NCBI GenBank assembly: GCA_029288895.1
Contig: JARIGK010000001.1
Span: 65,446 to 129,445 of the forward strand
Direction: 5' to 3'
Length of the DNA stretch: 64,000 bases
Source of the DNA: Candidatus Adlerbacteria bacterium
Lineage (GTDB): Bacteria > Patescibacteriota > Minisyncoccia > Phycocordibacterales > SBAW01
Below the pieces are notes generated by a model. The model was not told the DNA's origin and ran no database searches. It saw nothing but the letters and a program-made list of their open reading frames with translations. Both the position numbers and the translations under genes were made by a program. Positions 35,650-45,256 of the stretch are shown piece after piece; the stretch's first letter is position 1, and every line of letters begins with the position of its first letter.

Positions 35650-35910
35650 ATGGCCTGGGTATACATACTCCAGACAAAATCAGGGAAATACTACATCGGT
35701 AGTACGACTGATATAACGGAGCGTCTCAAACATCACTTCGGAGGCTTTACGCCGTCGACCAAAAGTCTGGGTGCAGAAGCTCTGTTGTTGAAGCAGAAAT
35801 ATCAAACTCTCAAAGAAGCGCGTTCTATAGAAGCGAAAATTAAAAAGCTTAAACGGAGCGACTATATTGAGAAAATGGTAAAAGATGGCTATATTAAGCT
35901 AGTTCCGTAA
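35650..35910 (+). CDS. GIY-YIG nuclease-family protein (UPF0213-like).
   Basis: WVYILQTKSGKYYIGSTTDITERLKHH. Confidence 0.8.
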   Translation: MAWVYILQTKSGKYYIGSTTDITERLKHHFGGFTPSTKSLGAEALLLKQKYQTLKEARSIEAKIKKLKRSDYIEKMVKDGYIKLVP

Positions 35911-35915
35911 TTAGT

Positions 35916-35991
35916 GCCGCCTTAGCTCAGTTGGTAGAGCAACTCTTTTGTAAAGAGAAGGTCCCCAGTTCAAGCCTGGGAGGCGGCTCCA
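35916..35991 (+). tRNA. tRNA-Thr (anticodon TGT), 76 nt with encoded CCA.
   Basis: Hand-folded cloverleaf: 7-bp acceptor stem GCCGCCT/AGGCGGC, D-arm GCTC-AGTTGGTA-GAGC, anticodon loop TT-TGT-AA, T-arm CCCAG-TTCAAGC-CTGGG, discriminator T, then CCA. Confidence 0.85.
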
Positions 35992-35999
35992 AAGAAAAT

Positions 36000-36605
36000 T
36001 TAGTGCGTGAGTTTGCCGAAAAAGCGCTCTTTGTCCTTGTCGACCATGGCAATGAGTTGCTCTAGTAATTCTGTAACTTCGGGGGAGTTCGCTGTTTTTG
36101 TACGTTTTTGTTCGACTACTTGGGTGTAGTGTAGGCCCTCAGATTTAATAGTGCGGCCGTCTTGAATGTATTGATTAAGGAGTGGCATTAGCTTATCGAG
36201 CGCGTGAACGAATACACTTTCCGCATCAGCACGTTCTTCGTAGTGCTTGATTGTGTCGTGGACACTGCCAATTTCTGGGAATTCGACAGCAAGCTTTTTC
36301 ATCGCCTCCTGCTCACGCTCGTGCTTTTTCTCTAAAAGTTCTGGGTTTTTGGTAAACGCGTCAACGTCTCCTGCGTACACCTCAACCAAGTCGTGTATCA
36401 GAGAATATTGAATCACTTTATGGAGGTTGAGCGTAAGTCCGAATGTTTCAATGACGTACCACGCTGCCATAGCGAGCAGGTAACTATGTTCGACATCGTT
36501 CTCGTGCCTGTCTTCGCCTGGCACATGGCCTACGCGCACAACACGCTGGAACTCATTGAGTAATGTGTAGAAGTTAAGGAGTTTTGTGACATCAAGCTCC
36601 TTCAT
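36000..36605 (-). CDS. HD-domain phosphohydrolase (YfbR-like 5'-nucleotidase family).
   Basis: H...HD...D metal motif (DVEHSYLLAMAAW...IHDLVEVYAGD). Confidence 0.7.
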   Translation of the reverse strand: MKELDVTKLLNFYTLLNEFQRVVRVGHVPGEDRHENDVEHSYLLAMAAWYVIETFGLTLNLHKVIQYSLIHDLVEVYAGDVDAFTKNPELLEKKHEREQEAMKKLAVEFPEIGSVHDTIKHYEERADAESVFVHALDKLMPLLNQYIQDGRTIKSEGLHYTQVVEQKRTKTANSPEVTELLEQLIAMVDKDKERFFGKLTH

Positions 36606-36620
36606 GGAAATGTGCGCGGT

Positions 36621-37304
36621 TTAGAACCCGCTCGTGGAGGTTGCTGCGGTAGATGAGGCGAGGGTTTTGAGTTCGGGGATAAGAGCCTGGAGCTCTTCGA
36701 TGGTTTTAAAGCCATAGACCGGCGGGCGGTTGTTGATGACAAACGCGGGGAGCGGGCCATTTAATTTTTGGAGCGCGACAAGCGTCCGGAGTGCCGAGAG
36801 GTCGAGGTTGTAGTCGAACGAATAGACGCGGAGCCCCGGATATTCGCCGCGGAGGTACGAGAGCTCTTCGCCAGTGCGCGAGCAGTCAGGGCAGTCGCCG
36901 GCATTGGAGTAGAAGTAGAGCACGAAGACTGGCTTAACCTTTTTGCACTTCTGCGACACCTGCTGGAGCAAAAGATAGTCTTTTATTTCGAGCAATGAAT
37001 ACTGCTGTTTCAACTGGATCACTTCTTTGTTAGTGCTGCCCAAGTTTTGCTCTGCCACAGAGAGGCGGCTCGCCAAGTCGTTGAGCTGGTCGGAAAGCAC
37101 GGGGTTTTCTGCAATGGTCGAGCAGTCGAGGCTGCCAAGAAGGTCAAACTGTGTCTCACTCGAGAGAATATCGATCGAGATATTTTCTTCCGTCGCACGG
37201 ATGTCAGCGATGCGCTGTGCGTCGATCCGCTGTGCGATATAAAACGCGGTGCCAAAGATTGCGGCCGTGATAATAAATGCGAGCGAATATTTTTGCCAAG
37301 CCAT
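36621..37304 (-). CDS. Membrane-anchored thioredoxin/DsbA-like thiol-disulfide oxidoreductase.
   Basis: N-terminal TM segment, coiled segment, then CPDC active-site motif. ATG at 37304. Confidence 0.6.
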   Translation of the reverse strand: MAWQKYSLAFIITAAIFGTAFYIAQRIDAQRIADIRATEENISIDILSSETQFDLLGSLDCSTIAENPVLSDQLNDLASRLSVAEQNLGSTNKEVIQLKQQYSLLEIKDYLLLQQVSQKCKKVKPVFVLYFYSNAGDCPDCSRTGEELSYLRGEYPGLRVYSFDYNLDLSALRTLVALQKLNGPLPAFVINNRPPVYGFKTIEELQALIPELKTLASSTAATSTSGF

Positions 37305-37321
37305 AGAGTTGTAGTAAAAAA

Positions 37322-38554
37322 TTATACGAGCCACCCGCGTTCGCGCGAAAGTACGGTGTCCCAGGCTGCGCGTGCGAGCCACAGCGGTGCGACAAACCCA
37401 AACAGCGCAAAGTACGAAATAAACGAAAGTGTCGAAAGGCGGGTCTTTGCGATACGCTGGCCAAGCACCACTGCTGTGAGCGTCATGCAGAGCGTTGCGA
37501 TAATAAGGAACGTAAGCATGTTGGTGTTGATGTAGAACCACTGCCATGACGGCGTGGGGAGGTGCGGCGGGATGTGGGTAAGCCACATATCGGTAAAGCG
37601 GGTCACGATATACGAAACAATGTGCCACAGCGCATAGCCTGCCGAGTAGAGGCCACCGAGGAAGGCGATAAGGCCAAACGGCAACACGAGCATGCCAAAG
37701 TTGCCGTAGGCAGGGTTAAAGTACATGTACGAGTAGTCGCGGGAATTTTCGAGGTAGCCACGCGACCAACGGGTGCGCTGTCGTACGAGTGCCGGCACAG
37801 TCTTTGGTACATTGGTGTAGACAATCGCGGTGTGGACGTTTACTAACTTCAACCCATTGGCGTGCATGCGGAAGGCCATCTCCATATCTTCGGTGTGGTG
37901 CGCTTTGCGGAAGCCGCCGATTTTCTCGAAGAGCGAACGGCGATAAATAGAAAACGGCCCAGGGAGGACCGAGATGGCAGCGAGATTATCAAACATTTTT
38001 TTGTAGAAAATACCGAAGGTGTATTCGACAGACTGCATCAGTTCAAGCACGTTCTTTGGATGATTGACCTTCATCGACGGCGCTGCAGCCATGACTGTTT
38101 CGTCTTCAAATGCTTTGACCATCTCAAGCAGTGCGTCTTTTGCAACAAACGAGTCTGCGTCGAGGCAGCCAACAAGGTCGCTGTGTGAGTGTGCCAAACC
38201 GAAGTTAAGTGCCGAATATTTGCTGCCCTCGTTCTGCTTTTGGAAGATATCGACCTGTGGGTGGCCCGCAAAGGTCTGGGCTGCTTCAAACGTGTTGTCT
38301 GTTGAGCCATCGTCGATGATGACAACCTTCAATTTGTCCTTGGGGTAGTCCATCGAAAGGAGCGACTCCACAGTTGGGATAAGGGTTGCACCCTTGTTCC
38401 AGCAGGGGACGAGGATAGCCACAGAGGGGTAGTGTGAGGGGAGGTTGGCACTCTTCTTTTCGGGGCGCTTCTCAAAAAAGGATATAAGAAGGAAGACCTC
38501 AAAATAGAGGCCTATAAACAGGCATACATAGATCCCAAGGGCCCCGATGTCCAT
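37322..38554 (-). CDS. Family-2 glycosyltransferase, processive type (cellulose/chitin-synthase-like), with C-terminal TM helices.
   Basis: DDGSTD, DAD and QRTRWSRG (QxxRW) motifs. ATG at 38554. Confidence 0.8.
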   Translation of the reverse strand: MDIGALGIYVCLFIGLYFEVFLLISFFEKRPEKKSANLPSHYPSVAILVPCWNKGATLIPTVESLLSMDYPKDKLKVVIIDDGSTDNTFEAAQTFAGHPQVDIFQKQNEGSKYSALNFGLAHSHSDLVGCLDADSFVAKDALLEMVKAFEDETVMAAAPSMKVNHPKNVLELMQSVEYTFGIFYKKMFDNLAAISVLPGPFSIYRRSLFEKIGGFRKAHHTEDMEMAFRMHANGLKLVNVHTAIVYTNVPKTVPALVRQRTRWSRGYLENSRDYSYMYFNPAYGNFGMLVLPFGLIAFLGGLYSAGYALWHIVSYIVTRFTDMWLTHIPPHLPTPSWQWFYINTNMLTFLIIATLCMTLTAVVLGQRIAKTRLSTLSFISYFALFGFVAPLWLARAAWDTVLSRERGWLV

Positions 38555-38583
38555 ATAGACGAGTATACGGTATACTGCCCTGT

Positions 38584-39348
38584 ATGAAAAGCGAGTTAAA
38601 TGAAGCAGCACAAGGCAAAAATCGCGGCTCGATGCACCCAATTTCTTCGCTCGTGCGCGAGGCAAACCGCATCTTTTTTGATATGGGCTTTGCGTTTGCG
38701 TCGGGGCCCCTTGTCGAAAGCGAGTGGTACAACTTTGATGCGTTGAATGTGCCCAAAGACCACCCTGCGCGCGACATGCAGGACACTTTTTTCTTGAAAG
38801 ACGAAAAAGAGACGGTCTTGCGCACGCACACAAGCCCGGTGCAGGTGCGTTATATGGAAGAGCAGTTGAAGAAAGGCGTCCAACCACCGTACCGCGTCAT
38901 TGTGCCAGGCAAAGTCTTCCGCAACGAGGCCACAGACATGACGCACGAAGCAGAATTCTTCCAAATCGAAGGGTTGGCAGTTGGAGAGGATGTTACCTTG
39001 GCGAACTTGAAGGGTACGCTCGAGCGATTCTTTAAAGAATTGTTCAAAGGTGTGAATGTCGAAGTGCGCTTCCGCCCAAGCTTCTTCCCATTCGTCGAGC
39101 CTGGTGTCGAGGTCGACATGCGTCTGGTGGGCGAGAATGTGCCAGAAAAGCTCAAGGGCCGCTGGATCGAGATGATGGGTGCGGGTATGGTGCACCCGAA
39201 CGTTATTAAAAACGCGGGGCTCGATCCAAAGAAATACCAAGGGTTTGCCTTTGGTATGGGCCTCGACCGTTTGGCCCTTTTGCGCTGGAGCATCGACGAT
39301 GTGCGCTTGATGCACTCGGCCGACCTCCGCTTCATCAACCAATTTTAA
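38584..39348 (+). CDS. pheS: Phenylalanine-tRNA ligase alpha subunit (short, 254 aa).
   Basis: Class II aaRS motifs (HPARDMQDTFF, FRNE, GAGMVHPNV). Confidence 0.92.
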   Translation: MKSELNEAAQGKNRGSMHPISSLVREANRIFFDMGFAFASGPLVESEWYNFDALNVPKDHPARDMQDTFFLKDEKETVLRTHTSPVQVRYMEEQLKKGVQPPYRVIVPGKVFRNEATDMTHEAEFFQIEGLAVGEDVTLANLKGTLERFFKELFKGVNVEVRFRPSFFPFVEPGVEVDMRLVGENVPEKLKGRWIEMMGAGMVHPNVIKNAGLDPKKYQGFAFGMGLDRLALLRWSIDDVRLMHSADLRFINQF

Positions 39349-39350
39349 GT

Positions 39351-41162
39351 ATGAAAATTTCTAAACCCTGGCTTGATAAATTCTTCGACGCGCCGCTGCC
39401 AGATGCAGATGCGCTTTCGGATGCGCTGACATTTCATGCGTTTGAAATTGACGGCGTCGACCGCGTTGGTGACGATGATGTGCTTGATGTAAAAGTTACG
39501 CCTAACCGCGGCCACGATTGTTTGTCGCACCGCGGCATTGCAAAAGAGTTATCGACAATCTTGAAACTCCCGCTTGCGCACGACCCGTTTGGTACCAAGC
39601 CTGCGCAAAACTTTTCCATCGGTTCTGCCGAACCGGGACAAAGTTCTGCTTCGGCATCCGCACTGTCTGTGGGTATCCAAACACCTCTATGCAAGCGCTA
39701 CATGGCAGCGTATATCAAGGGTGTAAAGGTGGGGCCGTCGCCTAAGTGGCTGCAAGAGCGGCTCGAAGCAATAGGCCAGCGCTCGATAAACAACGTTGTT
39801 GATGCAACAAACTTTGTGATGTTTAACACAGGCCAGCCGCTGCATGCATTTGATGCAAACCGCCTTGGCAGCCTTAACATTGGTGTGCGCATGGCGCAGG
39901 AAGGCGAGAAGCTCGAAGCGCTCGATAAAAAAGTCTACGACCTTACTCCCGCGATGCTTGTGATTACGGCAAACGACAGACCAGTCGGTATCGCCGGCAT
40001 TAAAGGTGGCGAGGCAGACAGAATCGACGAGACAACAGTAGATGTTGTTATTGAGTCGGCAAACTTCGACGGCGTTACGATCCGCAAAGGTTCACAGGCA
40101 TTGAAGTTGCGCACCGATGCCTCATCGCGTTTTGAGCAGGTACTTTCGCCAGAACTCTGCGTGTACGGTATGAACGGCATGCTCGAATTTATCGCCCATG
40201 TTTGTGGTGGCGACGTTGTCTCGCTTGTTGATGTATACCCAGAACCACAAAAACAAACTTATGTATCTGTCACGCTCGAGCATATAAACAAACTCTTGGG
40301 TACGAAGATCACCGCAGCGGATGTTGCCGATGTATTTACGCGCCTCGGGTTTGCATACAAAGAAGAGCAAGGCGTATTCGAAGTGCAGCCGCCAGCCGAG
40401 CGTTTGGATTTGGTGATTGCAGAAGATTTGATTGAAGAAGTTGGCCGCATCATCGGCTACGACAATGTGCCCGCGGTCGAGATGCCGGCGCTTTCAAAAG
40501 CCCCGGACGTAAACGCTGGGTTCTACGCAGCAGAAAAAACGCGCGAGGAATTGATTGCGCAGGGCTACTCAGAAGTATTTACGTCAGTCTTTGCTGAAAA
40601 AGGCGAGCGCACAGTGCTCAACAAAGTTGATGGTGTAAAACCTAACCTCCGCACGAACTTGAAAGACGGCTTGCTTGATGCGTGGAATAAAAATACCCCA
40701 AACAGAGAGTTGTTGGGGCTCAAAGAATTGAAGTTGTTCGAAATCGGCACTGTCTGGGCAAATGGCGGAGAAGAGATGCATATCGCAACAGTAAATGCGA
40801 AGGGTGCAGTAGAAGAAAAGAAGCTCGAGCCCATCGCGGCAGATGCATACGATGTATTGCCGCTTTCAGACGCTGAGCGTTACGAAACATTCTCGCGCTA
40901 CCCGTACATTGTGCGCGACGTCGCATTTTGGACACCTGCTGGTACTGACGAGGCAGAAGTAGAAAAGCTGATTACAGAAAAAGCAGGGGAGTTGTGCGTG
41001 CGCATCTCGCAATTCGACCGCTTCCAAAAAGGCGACAAAACCTCGCTCGCATACCGCCTTATCTTCCAGTCGTTTGAACGTACGCTTGAAGATGCAGAAG
41101 CAAACACTGCGATGGAGCAGGTCTACGCGAGCCTAAAAGAAAAAGGGTTCGAGATCAGATAA
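39351..41162 (+). CDS. pheT: Phenylalanine-tRNA ligase beta subunit (short form, 603 aa).
   Basis: Follows pheS with a 2-nt gap. B3/4 and B5 regions and C-terminal anticodon-binding domain. Confidence 0.88.
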   Translation: MKISKPWLDKFFDAPLPDADALSDALTFHAFEIDGVDRVGDDDVLDVKVTPNRGHDCLSHRGIAKELSTILKLPLAHDPFGTKPAQNFSIGSAEPGQSSASASALSVGIQTPLCKRYMAAYIKGVKVGPSPKWLQERLEAIGQRSINNVVDATNFVMFNTGQPLHAFDANRLGSLNIGVRMAQEGEKLEALDKKVYDLTPAMLVITANDRPVGIAGIKGGEADRIDETTVDVVIESANFDGVTIRKGSQALKLRTDASSRFEQVLSPELCVYGMNGMLEFIAHVCGGDVVSLVDVYPEPQKQTYVSVTLEHINKLLGTKITAADVADVFTRLGFAYKEEQGVFEVQPPAERLDLVIAEDLIEEVGRIIGYDNVPAVEMPALSKAPDVNAGFYAAEKTREELIAQGYSEVFTSVFAEKGERTVLNKVDGVKPNLRTNLKDGLLDAWNKNTPNRELLGLKELKLFEIGTVWANGGEEMHIATVNAKGAVEEKKLEPIAADAYDVLPLSDAERYETFSRYPYIVRDVAFWTPAGTDEAEVEKLITEKAGELCVRISQFDRFQKGDKTSLAYRLIFQSFERTLEDAEANTAMEQVYASLKEKGFEIR

Positions 41163-41176
41163 ATAAAAACAGAAAA

Positions 41177-41203
41177 CCGCCCACCAGATGAGCCAATGGG
41201 CGG
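41177..41203 (-). terminator. Hairpin terminator between convergent pheT and 41224..41541 (T-run on the minus strand).
   Basis: CCGCCCA...TGGGCGG 7-bp stem flanked by an A-run on the plus strand. Confidence 0.5.
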
Positions 41204-41223
41204 CTCTGTGCTCTGGTGAGCGG

Positions 41224-41541
41224 TTAAGCTTTGATGATTTGGGTCGAGGATGAAAGATCCCATCCGTCGAAGTGACGGGGGAATGCGGCTTTGAGTTTAC
41301 CGATGCACATCTCCTGGAATGCTCGAAAATCTTCCTTCGAGCCGCCGTGACTGTACACGAAATCGATGCCGAACCTACGTTCGCCGTCAGACCCGCGTAG
41401 AGCAAGTCTCAGGAACCTCTCGTCTGTGCCCCAGGCGTTATTGACGAAGTTCGCGACGGTTTGACGGTCAGCACCAGCGCCGAACTTGAAGACTCCTGAA
41501 GCGAGAGTGCCATCTTCAAATGGCATCATTTTGCTAGTCAT
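41224..41541 (-). CDS. Hypothetical protein (105 aa).
   Basis: ORF with a terminator downstream. No recognisable motif. Confidence 0.4.
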   Translation of the reverse strand: MTSKMMPFEDGTLASGVFKFGAGADRQTVANFVNNAWGTDERFLRLALRGSDGERRFGIDFVYSHGGSKEDFRAFQEMCIGKLKAAFPRHFDGWDLSSSTQIIKA

Positions 41542-41707
41542 CTTTACCTTCCCATGAAGAGGAACAACAGTACGGGAATTCCGTACGTATTAATTTAAAC
41601 ACTATTTTTATATCTGGTCAAGTAGCGAATTTACCTTATTTTGTAAGCTTCTTTTTACACATTTTTGCTTTTGTTAAGGGCATTTTTCTGATATAATTTA
41701 GGTACAA

Positions 41708-43801
41708 ATGGCAGCTGAAAAAACGAAAAAATCGAATTACGACGCATCGTCGATTACGGTGCTCGAGGGCTTGGAGGCTGTGCGTCGCCGCCCGGGCATG
41801 TACATCGGCACCACAGGGCCCGATGGCTTGCACCACCTTATCTGGGAAATCTTCGACAACTCACGCGACGAGGCGATGGGTGGTTTTGCAAATGACATCG
41901 AAGTCGTTTTGCTCCCACCAGAAAAGGAAGGCGAGGCTGCAATCGTCCGCGTTGCCGACAACGGCCGCGGTATCCCTGTCGACGTGCACAAAGCAACAAA
42001 AGTGTCGGCACTCGAAACAATTATGTCGACGCTCCACGCCGGCGGTAAGTTCGGAGGCGAGGGCTACAAAGTCTCAGGCGGTCTCCACGGCGTGGGCTCG
42101 TCTGTCGTTAACGCACTCTCGACCTTTTTGCGTGCAGAAGTACACCGCGACGGCGGCGTACACTACCAAGACTACTCAATAGGCAAGAAGAAAGCCGCTG
42201 TTAAAAAGGTTGGCTCGTCTAAATTGCACGGCACAGTTATTTCGTTTGCTGCCGACGGCTCGATCTTTTCAACACTCGACTTTAACTTCGACAAAATCGT
42301 CTCGCACCTCCGCGAGCAGGCCTACTTGGTAAAGGGTCTGCGCATCACTATCATCGATGCCCGGAAGAGCAATGCAAAATTGCCAAAGCCAGGCGAGGTC
42401 TTCTTTATGCGCGACGAGCTTTCGGACTGCCCGTCGCAGACCTTCTACTTTGAAGGCGGTTTGCGCTCGCTCGTCTCGTTCTACAACCGCTACCAAAAGC
42501 CGGTCCACAAAAATATCTTCTATATCGAAAAAGATTTCGTCCCGGCAGAAGGGCCAGACCATAGCGTCGCGGTGGAAATTGCGCTCCAGTACGTGGACGA
42601 TATTTCGTCGCGCGTTTTCCCATTCGCAAACAACATCTACAACGCCGAAGGTGGTACGCACGTCACTGGTTTTAAGACGGCGCTTACGCGTACGCTCAAT
42701 GCCTACGGCCGCAAGAACAATGTCTTGAAAGAAAGCGAAGAAAACCTCACGGGCGATGACGTGCTCGAAGGTCTCACTGTCGTTGTTTCAGTAAAGCTCC
42801 GCGAAATCCAGTTCGAAGGCCAGACAAAGGGCAAGCTCGGCTCTGTCGAGGCACAGCCTGCAGTGTCCAACGTTTTTGCTGATGCGTTTAATGAGTTCTT
42901 GGAAGAGAACCCAGACGATGCGCGTGCTATTTTGCAAAAGTCTATTTTGGCGCTCAAAGCCCGCAAGGCTGCAAAAGCCGCAAAGGACTCGGTGCTCCGC
43001 AAAGGTGCGCTTGAAGGCATGACGCTCCCGGGCAAATTGGCAGACTGCCAGAGCAAAGATGCATCAGAGTCGGAACTCTTTGTGGTAGAAGGCGACTCGG
43101 CAGGCGGCTCGGCAAAGATGGGCCGCGACCGCCGTACCCAGGCTATCCTCCCATTGCGCGGCAAAATCTTGAACGTTGAACGCGCGCGTTTGGACAAGAT
43201 GTTGGCATCAGAGCAGATCCGCAACTTGGTTGTGGCGCTTGGTACCGCTATTGGCGAGACGTTTAATATCGAAAAACTCCGCTACCACAAGATCATTATC
43301 GCGACCGATGCCGACGTCGACGGTGCGCACATCCGCACACTCTTGTTGACGCTTTTGTACCGCCACTTCCGCCCGATTGTTGATGGTGGGTTCGTCTATA
43401 TCGCACAGCCGCCGCTCTACAAAGTGCAGAAGGGTAAACAGGTAAACTACGTCTTCTCTGACGAAGAGAAAAATAAATTGATTGGCGACGAGCCGATTGA
43501 GGTAGAGGAAGAGGGTGCCGAAGAAGAGGCTCCTGAAGAAGCAGGGGAAGAAGAAACTGCAAAAGTTGCCGTTAAAAAAGCATCAAAAGTGCGCGTGCAG
43601 CGCTACAAAGGTTTGGGCGAAATGAACCCAGAGGAATTGTGGGAGACTACGATGAACCCAGAGAACCGCGTCTTGAAGCAAGTAAACATCGATGACGCTG
43701 CAGATGCAGACCGCATCTTCGACATCTTGATGGGCGAAGATGTGCCGTCGCGCAAATCGTTCATCCAGTCGAATGCAAAGCTCGCGAACTTGGATATCTA
43801 A
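41708..43801 (+). CDS. gyrB: DNA gyrase subunit B (GHKL ATPase plus TOPRIM). Contains an acidic insertion (EEEGAEEEAPEEAGEEE).
   Basis: HHLIWEIFDNSRDEA, GLHGVGSSVVNALS, EGDSAGGSAKMGRDR, PLRGKILNVERA. Confidence 0.88.
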   Translation: MAAEKTKKSNYDASSITVLEGLEAVRRRPGMYIGTTGPDGLHHLIWEIFDNSRDEAMGGFANDIEVVLLPPEKEGEAAIVRVADNGRGIPVDVHKATKVSALETIMSTLHAGGKFGGEGYKVSGGLHGVGSSVVNALSTFLRAEVHRDGGVHYQDYSIGKKKAAVKKVGSSKLHGTVISFAADGSIFSTLDFNFDKIVSHLREQAYLVKGLRITIIDARKSNAKLPKPGEVFFMRDELSDCPSQTFYFEGGLRSLVSFYNRYQKPVHKNIFYIEKDFVPAEGPDHSVAVEIALQYVDDISSRVFPFANNIYNAEGGTHVTGFKTALTRTLNAYGRKNNVLKESEENLTGDDVLEGLTVVVSVKLREIQFEGQTKGKLGSVEAQPAVSNVFADAFNEFLEENPDDARAILQKSILALKARKAAKAAKDSVLRKGALEGMTLPGKLADCQSKDASESELFVVEGDSAGGSAKMGRDRRTQAILPLRGKILNVERARLDKMLASEQIRNLVVALGTAIGETFNIEKLRYHKIIIATDADVDGAHIRTLLLTLLYRHFRPIVDGGFVYIAQPPLYKVQKGKQVNYVFSDEEKNKLIGDEPIEVEEEGAEEEAPEEAGEEETAKVAVKKASKVRVQRYKGLGEMNPEELWETTMNPENRVLKQVNIDDAADADRIFDILMGEDVPSRKSFIQSNAKLANLDI

Positions 43802-43815
43802 TCTAGAAGGCAATA

Positions 43816-43846
43816 AAAAATCCCCGGGGAACTCCCGGGGATTTTT
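43816..43846. terminator. Bidirectional rho-independent terminator between gyrB and the CARDB protein gene.
   Basis: AAAAATCCCCGGGG-AAC-TCCCGGGGATTTTT, a near-perfect 14-bp stem flanked by an A-run and a T-run. Confidence 0.8.
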
Positions 43847-43849
43847 CTT

Positions 43850-45043
43850 TTAGTAGCCTGCGTTTGCCGAGGCGGTGTTATTACTCTCGTTGCTTTCGTA
43901 GAGGTAGTTGTTTGGGTCAACCGTGATGCTTACCGAGCCGCCGTAGGTGTTGTAGTACGGCGTTGGCTGATACTGGTTGTAGTAATTGCCAGTGGTCTGG
44001 TAGCCCACGTACGTTGGGTAGTTGTAGACACTGCTGTTTGAAGGGCAGGTGTATGAGACGCCAGGGTAGTTGTACGCACCGTTGTAGGTGTAGTTATTGG
44101 TGTAGCTGCAGTTGCTGTAGGTGTACTGGTACGACGACGGGTACGAATTGTAGTACACGTTGTTGTAATTATTGTAGTCGTAGGTGTTGTAGCCGTAATA
44201 GTTGTTCATCGTAAAGCCCAAAGTGTAGACGACTTTGTCGCCGGGGTAGAGCTTCTGCTGCGCCTGTGATGTGTAGTTGTATGTTGGGCTCGTCGGCAAT
44301 GATGCGTTGAAGGTCCAGCCAGCTGGTGCCATATTGGTGCCAACGTTCTGCACAGTAAAGTTGACGCTGTAGCGGCCCGGTGCAGTCTGTGTGACGCTGT
44401 TGATGGACACTGCCAAGTCAGGCTGGCCAAACAAATTGGTGGTGCGATGCGACGCAACGTAGGTGCTGGTGCTCGACGTCGGCTTTGTGGTCGTTGTAGT
44501 TGTCGTCTTTGCTGGTGCCGATGCAGCCTTGCCCGCGGCAATTGTTACGATGCCGCTGCCTGAGGCACCCACTGTGTTGTTTGCCAAGTTGCGTGCCGCG
44601 ACAGTGACAGTAACTGCTGCTGCAGTAGCCGTAGAGTTGGTTGCTGTGAGCTGGATGTTTTGTGTTGCGTTCGTGTAGTTAAACGGCGTATTGCATGCAA
44701 CGGTTTGCATTTTGCCTGTTGGGAGCGGTGCCTGCATCGAGACGCCATCGGCGCACGAGTACGAAATGTCGTATGCAATGTTGGCGTTGTCGGCACCTGT
44801 GCGATTGAACGAGACGGTAAACGGCGAGCCCGAGTTTACGGTTGCAGGTACGGTGACTGCGACCTGTTCGGTCTGTGTCTGCTGCGTCGTAGTAGGGGAG
44901 TGCGTGCCCGTGTTACCGAGGAAGCCCCACAATACGAAGGCGAGCTGGATAATACCCCATGCGCCCAAGAGCAAAATGGCAATAAGGCCGATAACGGCTA
45001 CTACCTGAAGCGCCCTGTCTTTAAATGTTGAGTTTTGTGCCAT
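43850..45043 (-). CDS. Membrane-anchored surface protein with a CARDB-like domain and Thr-rich and Tyr/Asn-rich low-complexity regions.
   Basis: N-terminal TM segment, TTTTTTTKPTSS linker, NYYGYNTYDYNNYNN region, C-terminal ...SVSITVDPNNYLYESNESNN typical of CARDB. Confidence 0.55.
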   Translation of the reverse strand: MAQNSTFKDRALQVVAVIGLIAILLLGAWGIIQLAFVLWGFLGNTGTHSPTTTQQTQTEQVAVTVPATVNSGSPFTVSFNRTGADNANIAYDISYSCADGVSMQAPLPTGKMQTVACNTPFNYTNATQNIQLTATNSTATAAAVTVTVAARNLANNTVGASGSGIVTIAAGKAASAPAKTTTTTTTKPTSSTSTYVASHRTTNLFGQPDLAVSINSVTQTAPGRYSVNFTVQNVGTNMAPAGWTFNASLPTSPTYNYTSQAQQKLYPGDKVVYTLGFTMNNYYGYNTYDYNNYNNVYYNSYPSSYQYTYSNCSYTNNYTYNGAYNYPGVSYTCPSNSSVYNYPTYVGYQTTGNYYNQYQPTPYYNTYGGSVSITVDPNNYLYESNESNNTASANAGY

Positions 45044-45068
45044 GCGCGAAACGTATCACAGTGAATAT

Positions 45069-45119
45069 AGCTTGTCAAGCAAGGGTTTTTATGGTCTTAT
45101 GGGCCCTACTTGACAAGCT
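45069..45119. promoter_or_regulatory. Inverted repeat (AGCTTGTCAAGCAAGGG ... CCCTACTTGACAAGCT) that places a TTGACA -35 box on each strand. Divergent promoters: TTGACA-17-TAATAT on the plus strand for 45257.
   Basis: 16-17-bp arms with a 17-nt spacer. On the plus strand, -35 at 45110-45115 and -10 TAATAT at 45133-45138. Confidence 0.5.
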
Positions 45120-45256
45120 CTACAATTAGGTGTAATATAGTTATCGTACCAAGGGAACTCTGAATTATTGATGAGTTTCCTGGAAGACAATTTTTCGCTC
45201 TGTCACATAGCCCAATCTCGGGCTTTCTAACCCAGGTTTCTTGAAAGGAGACCACT

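Noticed and set aside
41542-41707. Possible oriC or DnaA boxes upstream of gyrB (for example TTTTACACA), and a GTACGGGAATTCCGTAC hairpin.
   Set aside because: There is only a single one-mismatch DnaA-box-like nonamer, with no cluster and no adjacent dnaA or dnaN. The hairpin lacks a T-tract. It is better explained as the promoter region (TTGTTA...TATAAT) for gyrB.
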